A DNA stretch of 64,000 nt from Raillietiella orientalis (lineage: Eukaryota). The notes under the pieces were generated by a model that was not told the DNA's origin, did no database searches, and was given only the letters and a program-made list of their open reading frames with translations. The position numbers and the translations under genes are program-made. Positions 25,643 through 37,900 of the stretch are shown piece by piece (position 1 is the first letter of the stretch; each line of letters opens with the position of its first letter). The DNA lies in NCBI GenBank assembly GCA_036172245.1, contig JAYWIR010000052.1, forward strand, positions 248,001 through 312,000, written 5' to 3'.

Positions 25643-27871
25643 CTAGGGAGCCGTTCTGTCTTCTGGGATGCTCATCGCAGAGCTTTGCTGCGCGGGCGAG
25701 TGCGTGTGCTCGGACTCCTTCAGCGCTTCGTCGAAGCTGGAGGCGGAGGCCGACCGGGACGTCCCCATGGATGTCTGGAAGGCACGGTGACCGCACCGCC
25801 GCCGCCACCACCACCAGTTTTCCCCTCTCCCTCCTCCCCACCCGTACCTTGACGGTGTTCACGGCACTCTCGAGCTTTTCCTCGAAGGACTTGAAGGCAA
25901 CTGTGTTTTTCAAATCACCAAACTTCGCACTGAGGGACGAGCCGAGGCCGCCGAGAACGGACTGCGTTTTCTCTGCGGTTGTTTTCAAAGCCCCACTCGT
26001 CTTCTGGTATCTGGCACGGGGGGGAGGGGAGAGAGGAGAGAAAAAAAAAAAAGGCAAATAGCATTCCGCCACACATGATCAAATGCAAGAACTACACACA
26101 CACACACACACACACGCACAACACAACACAACACAGAGACCAAAAAATATATGTATATATATATGTATATATGTATATATATATATTTCTGAAAACACTT
26201 ACAGGTCTTTTGCAACGTCCATCTGTTTTCTCGGGATTGCTCCGCTTATTCCCTTGAAATCAAAAACAATGAAGCAGAGAAAAGGAGAAGGCGAAAATCG
26301 ATTACTTCTGTCGCGCAACTCGCAACATCCGGAATTCGAATTTGGGCAGCCCACTGGTACAGTGTGCGTGGGGGGGGGGAGCACGAGGGCAGGGAGGAAA
26401 ACGGGAAAAGGGGGGACGAGGAAAAAGGAAGCGGGAGGGAGGGGGGGCGCTGAAAGCGAGGTGATTTTGCACGGGTGGCCCCATGGATGCACGGATGATC
26501 ATCCTGGGAAGCGAATCCAGATTTCATCTGCACCGCATCCGTTTTTTTTTTTTTTTTTTTCCTTTTTTTTCCCCCTCTCTTCCTCTGCCCCCCCCCCCCC
26601 CTTTCTCCCAGATGTGTGTGTGTGTGTGTGTGTGTGTGCGCGACCGACGGAACCCCACTCTCTCCCCCTCCTCGCCCCTCTCTTCCCGTATCCGAAGGGC
26701 AGATCGATAGAGAACGCTCCGGACGCGGGGACGGTGGGGGGGAAAGGCTGCCCGGAGAGCGCGGGAGCACCGGCGGCGGACCAACGCACCCAAAGTCCAT
26801 CCGCTCCCGCCGCAAGCGGAATCTCCCAAAGTCCGCACGAACGTGAAATTCGCCTTCCATGGCGACCGGGGTGCGCGCCACAGCGCACCCCGGTCGCCGC
26901 ACACTTTTCGCTTCTTCCTCTCCTCACGGCGTGTCGAGCAGCCTCCTCCATCCGAGGACCCGAATCAGCAGCATCCACGCCCGCGCGGGGAGACGGACGT
27001 CCGCTCAGCGTGCAGAAACGCTCCCACGGAACTCACCAACGAAAAAATTGGGGCGTTTCCCCTCTTTGAAGCACTCGTGCAACCAACCAACTTGTTCGAG
27101 CCACCACCTTAGGGCTTGTTTGGGGGAAGCCGCCGTCACCGGGGAAAGACGGGATGGGTGCCTATCTTTCTCTCTCACCCCCCTCCACGGATGAGGGACC
27201 GCGGGTCGGAGGGTCCCAAACACGCCGTGCTCCCTTCGACGCCGACGACCTTCCCGGTGGATTCGACTGCACTTAACCCCTCCCCCCCACCCCGACTGCT
27301 GAACCTGACTTTTACGAAAACTGCGAAAGTGGCGTGCATGAACACATCACGAAGGGCCGGCCCGCCGGATGTGCGCGCGAGTACGACACCACCGGGGGGC
27401 ACGCAAGGATCCCGGAAGCAGTGCACGCGCGCAGACCTGCGGGAAAAGCGGCACGGGGCGGAAGCATTCCGTTCCTTCTTGTCCACCTCGGGGCATGGGC
27501 ACCGAAGCAACGTGCGGTCGGTTGGCCACTCCCACGTCCACCATCCGCTTCCTCCCTGGGAAGAATTCCTCCGCTGCTCTCCCATACGCTTTCGGCGTGG
27601 AAGAACCTCCCCCACCCGCTGGCGCCATGAAAGTTGGATCGCACGTAACGAGACGGAGTGCCCTTCGATTTGCAAACGCCCTCTTTCACACGGACGATGC
27701 GCTTTCCTCATCTCGGGCGCATCGGACGAAGAGGTAGCAGCATCCCGGACTCGACCCCCTCCAGGCGGATTGGTCGGCCCCTCTCTCATCCGCTGCAAGA
27801 ACCTCCACCCTACTCTTTGTTCACTTCCTTCTTTTAAGCTGCAAGAATTTCTCTCTCTTTTCTTTTTCTTT

Positions 27872-27910
<39 letters not shown>

Positions 27911-30900
27911 GCGCCCACGCATGTTGTCGAAAAAGGGGAAAACGAAGAACTGATTTGCGCAAAGCTTAATATGATGCAAGTGGGCGCCTGTACAATCTGC
28001 AAGTGGTTGCAGCAGCACAGCAGCTCGCGAAAACTGGCCGGCGGTTACGCGGACACAGCGTGGCATCACGAATCAACTTTGGAAGCAAAGCAGAAGAGGG
28101 AAATGCTGTACAAAGTGCGTACATACACGAATGCAAAGAACCCACGGCACACTCGGCAGCAGCCCGCAGGCATTCGCTTTCGAAACGGTGCCCACACCAA
28201 ACTTCCCCGGACGGAAAAGGATTCACGTAATCGCAGGGCGACTCCACGGAACGAATGGAGCCCGCGATCCGCCGGTCCTAACGAATCGGAGGGGGAGGGG
28301 AGGGGGGGGGGGCGTTGTACGCAACCGACTCGTAAGTGTACCTATCGATCATCCCGGAAAACCGTCTCCCGAGGATGGCGAGCGAAAGAGCCCGGAAGGG
28401 GCTCCGGCGTCGACGACACGTCTGTGCGCGCCGAGAACGCGCGAGGCCCCGCGGCACCTTGGAGGGTGGTGGCGGGAGACCCGGAGACCCCGGCAGCGGT
28501 CAGCACGGACCCGGTCGTGGGAGCAACCGCCGGCGCAGCATCCGAGTGCCGCAGCACGATCCGCGCGGACCACGCGGCAAAGACGGCGGCGGCGGCGGCG
28601 GCGGGACACTTCGGGCGCGCGCGGAAGCTGCGGAATCGCGCGATCCTCGTCGTCACCGCAAAGGAAGGGGGGAAGGGGGGGGGGGGGTTCCGAGTTCCTG
28701 GCAGCAGTCCTGCCGGAGTCGCTGCCTCCCCCGCGCCACGCGGACTTGCCAAAGTTGGCATCGGCGGTGCAGAGAGTGCCCGCGGCCTTGCCAGAAACCT
28801 CGACCGCTCGCCTGCTGCCTCATCTCACTGCCGCTGCCTCGCGCAATTTATAAATTAAAAACGGTGGAAGACCACAGCAACAGTTTACGACGTGCAAAAA
28901 AAAAAAAAAAAAAAAACACCCAACGGCGGGGGCGGCAAACGCGTACTGCTGCTGAGCACGCGGATGGAAAAGTTCGGCTGTTGGGGGGGAACCGCAGCTG
29001 GCAAAGGAATGCCCGAAGCTTCAGAGCTCCGTTCCACGGGGACGCACGAACCCTTTTACGACGTGAGGGATGTGGAAAACGGGGCAGCCTCGCGTGCACA
29101 CCGAAAACATACGGTGTCGGTGCACGCATTTCGAGCAGAGGCCCCACCGCCAACTCGATCCGCTCGCATGCGATCCCCTAAGCTGCACGGTAGTGTTCCC
29201 CTCCTTTCCTTCGAGAGGAAGGGAGGGAGGGAGGGAGGGAAGGGGGGGGAAGGGTGTCGTAAAAGCTTCCATCGGCTCCTCTTCGTCGACTGCGGAAGCA
29301 GCGACGGTCGCAAAAGCACGGCATCGAAACCCATCAATCAGCTCGTCCGCGATCCGCCGGCCTTAACAACGGGGGCAGTGGCCGTTGCCAAGTGCGACCC
29401 GTCTTGATCGACATGCACACCGCCGACTCGAGAGGTTTGCTCACTGCGGGCCGACGTCCACACACCCCCCGGCAGCGACACCGTCTTCGGAAACCGACGG
29501 CACCATCCCTCCCCACTGATTGATCCTACGTTTCGGCTGTCACCGTGGGAACCGCGCTCTCCCGGTCGACGCGATGCCACGCTGCTGCTCTCTCCACTTA
29601 TGCCCTCCATCCGCTTTCGTGTTTCACGGTGTTCCGGAGAATGCAGTAATTACCGACACTCGCAACACGGCACGTTGACGGACGCTGCCAACTGACAACG
29701 CCTCCCCCCGTTAACAGATGCGAACCGACGTGCGAAGACACTTTTACACGCTTTGGGGGAGGGAGGGAGGGAGGGGGGCCTCTCGAACGGAGTGTCGATA
29801 TCAGTCAGGGCTGAGATAATCTCTGCTGCCACGGTAACGAACTGCCACTTACGCCCGACCGGATCGCACCAAATGATTAATTTAAATTGTGAAACGGACG
29901 ACGCTGCAAAACACCGCATCGAAGGAATCGATTTGTGAGTGCTCCAAAAATTCCCATCCACTTTACAGGTTGGCTTCAAAATGAGTTTTCCTTTCTTTTT
30001 CTTTTTTTTTTTTTGCGCTCATTTCGATGACTTACGTACAAATGACTCGCCCTCAACACTTTCATCGAAATAACCCCAACCAACCCTAACAAGCAGTTGG
30101 GTATATGCGGACGCAAGCGGCTCGCCACAGAATCTCCACGTAAATTCCTAATGAGAATCCAAAAACTCGACGTGAGGATCGTCTTCGCAGGCGATTCGGG
30201 ATTTGAATTGCTTTCCAAAGTTGAAATCATCACAAATTTTGCCAACTGACGCGCTCTCATCGACGAAGTCATCAAAGCAACACTATCTGATAGGGAAGCC
30301 ATCTGAAGCACATCAACGCGTCGAAGCGATGCTGCACAATCTCTGTGCACATTTGGAGCATCATTTTGCTCAAAGCGTGCAATCACTTTGGGAAACGACG
30401 TCAGAGATCTTCCTCATCTTGGAGGAAGAGCCATATTTCACAGGAATTCATGGCGTGCCTTTGGAACACCATGGAGTTCTGGACTCCCATCCGTGGCTGT
30501 TACTTCCAAGAGCCTCTCCTCCTCCTCCTTGATTCATACGTTGATGAGACCGTTACAATGGCAGAGGATCACCCACAAATCCCACGCCACACAGATGCAG
30601 CTACTGCCAAGCCCACTGGTTCTTTGCCTTCGATGCAAAACCATCAAATCAATCCCTTTCTGCTTTCGCCTGGATACTTCTTTCTCCGCAAAGTGTATAC
30701 GAATCACAGTACAAGGTTGTACAACTCGCTATACTCTCCACAAACACTTTGAAAGTCGCGCGCTTCACATCACTCGCAACAGAAGCCATCTGATCGCAAG
30801 CAAGCCTGGATTCAAATCTGTCAAATTAAAAGTTTGCTCCTTCGCTTAGAATTCAACTACTTTATTCAGCCCAAAGAAACTGTTTTGTTAAAACGGAGGC

Positions 30901-32236
30901 CATTCTGTCTACTCAATGTTCACACATCACATTCATCTCAGTAATTTATCTTCCCTGTGAACCTTTGCGCACCCAAAAACTCATCCGTGCATACATACAA
31001 CAGGCAGCTCTAATGATTTGTTACTCAACAGAAACTTTCACGACAAAAATAAGTTTACGACGTGATCCTTGCACTACATTTCTAAATTTTCGAAATTAAT
31101 GTGAATCATATTTAGACTCTTTGCGGAATGCTTACACATTTACCAACCTAAGCAATGGCCCATATGAGAACTGGATGTTCTTACATTAATAATTTCATTT
31201 CATTTCATTTTCGTCACGCAACCCATCTGAACTGGACGAGTTTTAATGAAGCGAAACGTAGGCGCACTCTTTTTCTATGTATCCCCAAATGAGCAGCAAG
31301 ATGCCAAGACTCATTAATGAAAAGGTAATTATGATTCTATCACAACGAATGGCTTTATTCTTTTTTCTCTGACAACTCTGCTTCTGAATTTTAAAAGGCC
31401 TATTTTACTTGAAAAAAGTAGAATCAAAAAAATAGCAAAATGGCAAAGGAAAGGCTCCTATTCAAAAATAAAATGCTTAATGATTCATTCCAATGAATGT
31501 AAAAGATAAATACACATAAGCATTCAGAAACTGACCAAAAATCACTGCAATTAGCATAATGCTCAACAAAAAGCAAAAAGCCCATAAGATGGCACAGGCA
31601 CAGGGAAGATTCAGCTATGAAAAGAAACCAGCAGGATATTTTTGATCTAAGAGTGTACTTCACTGAAAATGAAAGCACTACGAAGAAATAAAGTGAGGGA
31701 TTCCAAAAAGTAAATCACAAATAAACGTAATCCTCAACCACATTGACTGAACAAACAAAACTCACATGCTAGAACTGCTCACTGCTTCCCCAAGCTCATG
31801 CATTTTGTCCCCTACTTCTCGGCATCTGTAACAGATTCTACATGCAATATTTGACAAATAACAACTTACACCTGAGAATCCTTTACATTTTGAATTCCTT
31901 GGTAAACATCATCATGCAATTCTTTCCACACTGTAATACCTAGTTTTTTCTTCAATTCCTGGGCCTCCTTCAATTTGGCATTCAATACTTGACGAAGGGT
32001 AGCAATCTCATTCTCAAGCTTTCACCTTTTATCAGTCTCTTGCTGATTCCAAGTCACAATACCTCAGCTAATTCATGCTGCCATGTTTCTCTCATAAGGC
32101 TGCCATTCAATCCGCTGTCAGATGGAGTCACTGAATGACTACTTTCCTGCCTTGGGATGTTGCTTTGGAAAGATCTTCCTAATGGCAACTCATCTAAGGG
32201 ACTTTTTTTCTCTGAATTAGGGATATCAGTCATCAT
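25643..32236 (-). CDS. TPD52: Tumor protein D52 family protein, about 205 aa
   Basis: Exons: 32236-32063, 32018-31870, 26010-25848, 25774-25643 (618 nt, GT-AG, in frame). Coiled coil ELAELENEIATLRQVLNAKLKEAQELKKKLGITVW plus the motifs YQKTS and FKSFEEK. AATAAA on the minus strand at 25526-25531. Confidence 0.93.
30420..30720 (+). mobile_element. pogo/Tigger-like (DDE_1) transposase relic inside the long TPD52 intron
   Basis: Frameshifted translation FMACLWNTMEFWTPIRGCYFQEPLLLLLDSY ... IPRHT / QLLPSPLVLCLRCKTIKS resembles the DDE_1 motifs LL(I/V)LD and P..TT..LQPLD...F..(F/L)K. Confidence 0.45.
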
Positions 32237-35200
32237 TTGTCATGGATGTAAAGAGGACATTTGCTAAAGAGGGAGAACAGGAAAAAATAATAATAATTTA
32301 CACTTGTTATCTTGTGTCCTTATTTTACTCAAAGCTTCATTGGTCAAAACCTACCACAGATCAGCAAACAGCACTACTCAGGTATCATTAATACCAAAGA
32401 AACATACCAATCATAAAATGCATACCGAAACAAATTATGCATTGCCTTATGCAATAATCATTAGCTTACATTCGATTTCATCATTGCTTTCTACATTCAA
32501 ATTCAAACTTGAAAATCACATCAAAACACACTTGTAAATAGTATCCGACATAAGATTATGTTGTCAGATGTCTTGATCCCCTCATATGCAGCTGTGGACT
32601 AAACTGCCTCTAATTTAGTTCAAACTGGTACCAAATTCTAATTTAAATCCTATTCATACAATGTACCAATAGTGATATTTCATACAATCCGTTAACTCAT
32701 AAAAAACGTGATTTCTCCCTCACAATGTCTCTCCAACTTTCATATTCTCGTTTAACAGACACTGTTGAGTTTTTATTTAAATAAGGAGGTGCACACAGAA
32801 TACGGTCTTAAAGCACGTCGTTCAAGCTGATGTAGAATGGGTATAATTTAAGTTATGCTAAATACAGTTGACTGAACAGGTATATGGCCACATCAACGGC
32901 CTGACTGAATATATCATGTACATGCACAGGAACTTTCGGTTTACTCGATGGCCAACACATCAAGGAAGGCATCCATACCATACCAGCAATGTAACAGATA
33001 CAACTCTGTGAAAAAAATACTCTTCCACTATGATAAGTGCTTTCTCCCCAATGCACTGATGAAGTAGTACGGGCAATTTGCCGACATATAATGCAAAATA
33101 CACGCGCCTCAACAGAACCATACATATCAATCAGAAGAATCGGTTGTCCGTCAAGGCGACCTACACCTATCAGCTAGCATACACTAACCCAAAAAAACTG
33201 CGATAAATATGGGTTCCTTCATTGAACCCTAACCTTTACAAAATCCTCCATGCTGGTTTACAAAAAACAAACAAAAGAAAAAAACCTCAGCAACTACCGA
33301 AAATCATCTTCGGAACGGAGTGTACGGTGAGTTTGAGGCTAAAACTCAATTCCCAACTTGGCAACCACAATAAAAACACACACACACACACACACACACA
33401 CAAATGGCTTACTTAAAAACAACACGGGGGCGGCTTAGGTAGCACAACTGCTTACTTTCCCGTACAAGAAATGAGCGTCGCTTTTCAATGGGGAAATTGA
33501 AAATTTGGGAACATTCACGGCCCACCACCAGCAGTGCCTCCACGCAGCCACATTTCCACGAGTTTTCGAACGCAACTACGCAGTTGACGGCGGCACACGT
33601 GTTGCCGTGTGTGCCAAACGACTTTTGCACACGTCCAGGAATATTTACGTTATCCCGGACCGAGGAGTTTTCTGATCCCTCTCAGGTCGTTAGGCAGGAA
33701 AGGGCCTTCGGTCCGTGGAAACCACGCGAAACGCGGTCCAAGTGGTCGCCGAGCGGCCGCCAACGACTCCCTTTTTCTGTGACATTCACGCGCGGCGTAA
33801 ACAAAACCGAGATTTCCAGGGAGCAGCCAAACGTTACGCGCGCGCGTGCCTTTCTTTTTTCCTTTTCCTCTCCTTTTTTTTTTTTTTTTGGAATCAACCT
33901 GATGGAGGGAACCGACGACACGTTTTCGCTTCTTCGATCGGATGACGTGACAAGACTGGTTCGGAGACGTGACCTCTGCCCTTTTCCTCCTCCTCCGCGA
34001 TCCGCAAACTCTTACTTTCGATCTGGGAACCCTGCGAGTCGGGGTGACCTTCCGCTCTTCCCTCGATCTGCCGAAGTGCCAAGGGGGGAACTGCTTCCAA
34101 AATGGCACGTCCCCAGCGGGTACAAAGTTCACATCTTCCGAGGAGAGCACAACCGACGTTCTCGAAAAAAAAAAACAGCAGTCCGCGGCGAATTTCGAAT
34201 GCGTACGGGGAAAAACGGTTCCCGCACGACCCGCGTTTTCCGGAATGGTGTCCGCCGTGCAACGCTTCAGCACAATTACGAAAACAACGTGTGTTTCTTT
34301 GCACGCCCCGAGGTTGTGCTCTTCCTCTCCGTGAATCACGATGACGAAATCTCGTTTTATCGTCAACCCTCGATGTCTACAAGCGTCTGGGATTGCATCG
34401 CGCCTTTTATTGACTTTACTGAAATCAGCCGTCCTCGAGATCCTCTTCATAGATACAGAAGCCAAACTGAAATCCGGACGGATTTCTCCCACCCTAAATT
34501 TATAATCATTCCTTTACAGGTGTTCTGATGGGATGTTACGTTCCCTCAGAACATAATTAAGTACCCGTTTCCCGTTCTGATGGAACTGGCAATCAGATGA
34601 TTCAATACTTATTCAAGGAGAAATAAGACGAAGCGCTTCGGTAATCCGAAAATGTATTTCCATTTTTTCTGATCCTACTCAAACGAATTTCCTGCTTTGT
34701 GCCCATTAGGGGAGGGGGGGAGGGCATTTTCTAGGAAACGATGGACCCTTCTCCAAGGAACGGAAAACTGAACTGGGACTTCCCAGTTCTCATCAGTTTG
34801 TCGCCTTTAATTCGAGAAGAGCAATTTAAGCTTTCTGTTGAGCTCGATTGCAGCATCAGGTTGATCTGCAACCGTCAATGAAGTCTGCAAGCGTGTTAAA
34901 AATCGAATGCTGATGACACATCATCAACCACTCATGACGTATACTAGATATGTGACGCATCAATGCGAATGGTGGTTCCAAGAACGTAATTTCAATGGAA
35001 AAGGGCCTTTGCTACAAATAGCATGTTTGTTAGTATTACTGTCAGAGATCAACTGGTGCAGAGTAATAAATCCTTATCCCATCCCTGACCAACGCTCTCG
35101 AAGTCCGCATCACGTGCTCGTTCTCAACCCTTTGTTTTCTACCAATGGACGTTTCTTGGTCCCTGACTTCAACCTGCGGCAAGTAACGCTGCTATCGCTA

Positions 35201-37269
35201 GGAGTAGGCTGATCCCACTGTGTCCGGTCTACCCTTCACTTCACCTATTTCTCGATGAAAAATCAATCGAGAGTATCGGCAGCCCTAATTTCATTCACCT
35301 GAATCCTCAAATTTCTTTCCAGCATTACTCCTCTCGTTCATCAGGTGAATCACAATCCTAAGGGAAGGAATAATCCTACTCCATGGCTAGTTGCCTCCAC
35401 CATTAATGAATCATCACGAACGTTCATAATCTTAGAAAACTCCTCTATTCACCATTTGCTTATCACCTTTCAACATCATCCCTATCGGAGTCTATTCAGA
35501 GGTATCAGCTGTACCAACTCCCGTCAGCACTTTCATTCGATTCGATCCATCATAGCATGCTCCTCAGTCTCTTCATTTAGCGCAAATAACCTCCACCACA
35601 TTAGACTCGAAAAAAACCAAAAAAAAATGAAAAAAAACCTTGCTTAACGACTTCATCAAGTGGACTTACTTAGTTACTTAGAGCGTGCACGCCCCTAGGA
35701 TTCAAACTGTACCACCTTGTATAATTTGTAAAGGAAGTTACCAAATACCAAATTGAAAATCTTATGGGGGCCACGAGAGATAAAAACAATTCCATATGCA
35801 TACTAAGAATATCAGTACAATCATCTTGAAATTTGAGCAAGCATTCTAACAGCTTGTCGAAGATTCATCACCCGATTAGACCAGTTTCGACCCCATCTCC
35901 CCGTTAACAGTGGCGACCTTCATAGTCAACCCTCACAGAATGTGCATTCTTTTCCAATGCGATCATTTTCACCGCCATCTGCTTTCTCGTTCTCTATTAT
36001 ATCCTGCCCCGGATCAGAAAAGTCTCGCGTCAACCGTCTTGGAGTTAACAACTTCACTTCTTCTGGAATTCACATCTTGCTGTCGACCGTAACCAACGGC
36101 CTTTCTTCACATCCACGTCTCGACAGCGACTGCAACGGAAGGGAGAGAGCCATCACCTCTTATCGTCAAATCCACCACGAGCCAAGGATTCTGATCGGAT
36201 GAATATTCATACTTTGGAAATCTCAAATTTTATTCTTATGAATTCTGGGAGAACTTCAGTCAAAGTCCATCCACCGTAGGCAACCACCACCCAGCCATTC
36301 TTCTCGGGACTATAGGGCCCACAAGCAGGGCATTACCAGACGTCTTCCGCGTACGATAAAAAAAAAAAAAAAAAAAATCTTCCCTCCATTGGAGTAAAGA
36401 TTCACGCAATTCAGGAAGGACTTGTTGAACAATCCATCCCTCAGATGAACGAAGAATTTACTTTGGACAAGAAGCCTGCCGGATTAATCCCAGATTTATA
36501 CACCTACATCATCCAATCGATCCCAAAGTATTCATTCGAACCCAAGGGCAGATGGCATTCTATGTAAAAGCATCAAAAACCTGTCAACGTTTAATTCTAG
36601 CATTATTCTAAAATTCAATCCCAATTCCTCTGTTATTTAGTCTTTTTACCTACTTATACTCATTCTTCTACCATCACACCCATCCATTTTTAGCAAAACC
36701 ATCCTAATAAATCCCATCATCCCTCGATTTGACCCCCTCACTCGCACTCTTCCCCCTTCCACTTCCCATCACCATAACCATTACTTTCGTCATCTCATCC
36801 CCTTTATGACGTCAGACCAAAAGAAATCCATACACGTTTGTGCGTATGTGTTTCATTTATAATCTATAAGTATGCTGGAAAAGAAAATGTGTTCACAGGA
36901 ACGGGTACTCGCGTTTGTGAAAGAATTCACGAGATCATCCTGACAGCCCTTCCTGAGTGCCTAAATCATCTAATGATGTTGAGACTAAAACTAACTAGTT
37001 TTCAAGTTAAATACATAGTTTATTTTCCCACGGAACCAATACAAGGAATCACACGGGAGAGCAATGAGAAGTCGCATCACCAGAAGCAAATGCAAACTTA
37101 AAATCTAAAGGTTTTCTGTTAATTGGTACGAAAATCACAATAAATCTGATGACCATTCTCATGACATGGAGTCTTTTTTTTTTTTTTTTTCTTGCATTTA
37201 CCGAAAATGACACATGCACCTAACTCGCCTAATGGATTTGATGGACCCAGTAATGCGTTTCGAAATACC

Positions 37270-37900
37270 GTATTTAAATCTTTGATTGCAGACTCCACAT
37301 TGCTGAGGTATCAGGAAGAATGGTTCAATCAGAAACTGGCTGCTATGATCTACAACAAATCATATCCCAAACAAGAGTTCAAATCGTTTCTCAAATACCT
37401 AGGTCGCAATCATAATTAAAACTACCAATCTCAGAAGCGTGAGAACTGTATTTGGCGTAAATTGCCCTGGCAATACTCTTTTGCATGCGTCGTTCCCTGA
37501 ATTACCAGACCAAGTCGATGAAAATGCACCTCTGTTCACGACTCCTTGAAATGCGACTGCTAAAGGTCTGGCAGTTTGGGAATGTGTGATAAGTCCTTTC
37601 AGCCAGCCTTAACGTCCGTTTCAGAAGGGAAGAAGACCATCGAGGTTTCGTCGGGGATTTTCGGAGCTAAGTGCAGACCCAAACCTCCACAGGCACAACA
37701 GGGTAAAGCATACATTCACGCCCTGAGAAAATATGCACGGAGTGAATTTTGCTCCGAATCTGGCAACAGTGCACGTGGGAGCTCGAAAGAATTTCCTCAG
37801 GCCTACGTGTGAGTCGCCGCCATTGTTCTTGAATTTTTCGAAATCGATTCGTCGACGTCCATTCCATTGACAGTTGGTGCCGAGGGGATTTTTACTGCTT
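37270..37900 (+). pseudogene. Possible endogenous phenuivirus-like nucleocapsid relic
   Basis: The broken frames RYQEEWFNQKLAAMI and IALAILFCMRRSLNYQTKSMKMHLCSRLLEMRLLKVWQF loosely resemble phlebovirus N (YQGFD...IVLALTRGNK..MMMKMS). Similarity is weak and judged by eye. Confidence 0.3.

Noticed and set aside
34560..36600. AT-rich, coding-like stretch as another viral or TE relic (similar stretches at 50160-50600 and 53400-55200)
   Set aside because: I could not recognise any motif, so it is left unannotated pending a frameshift-aware search.
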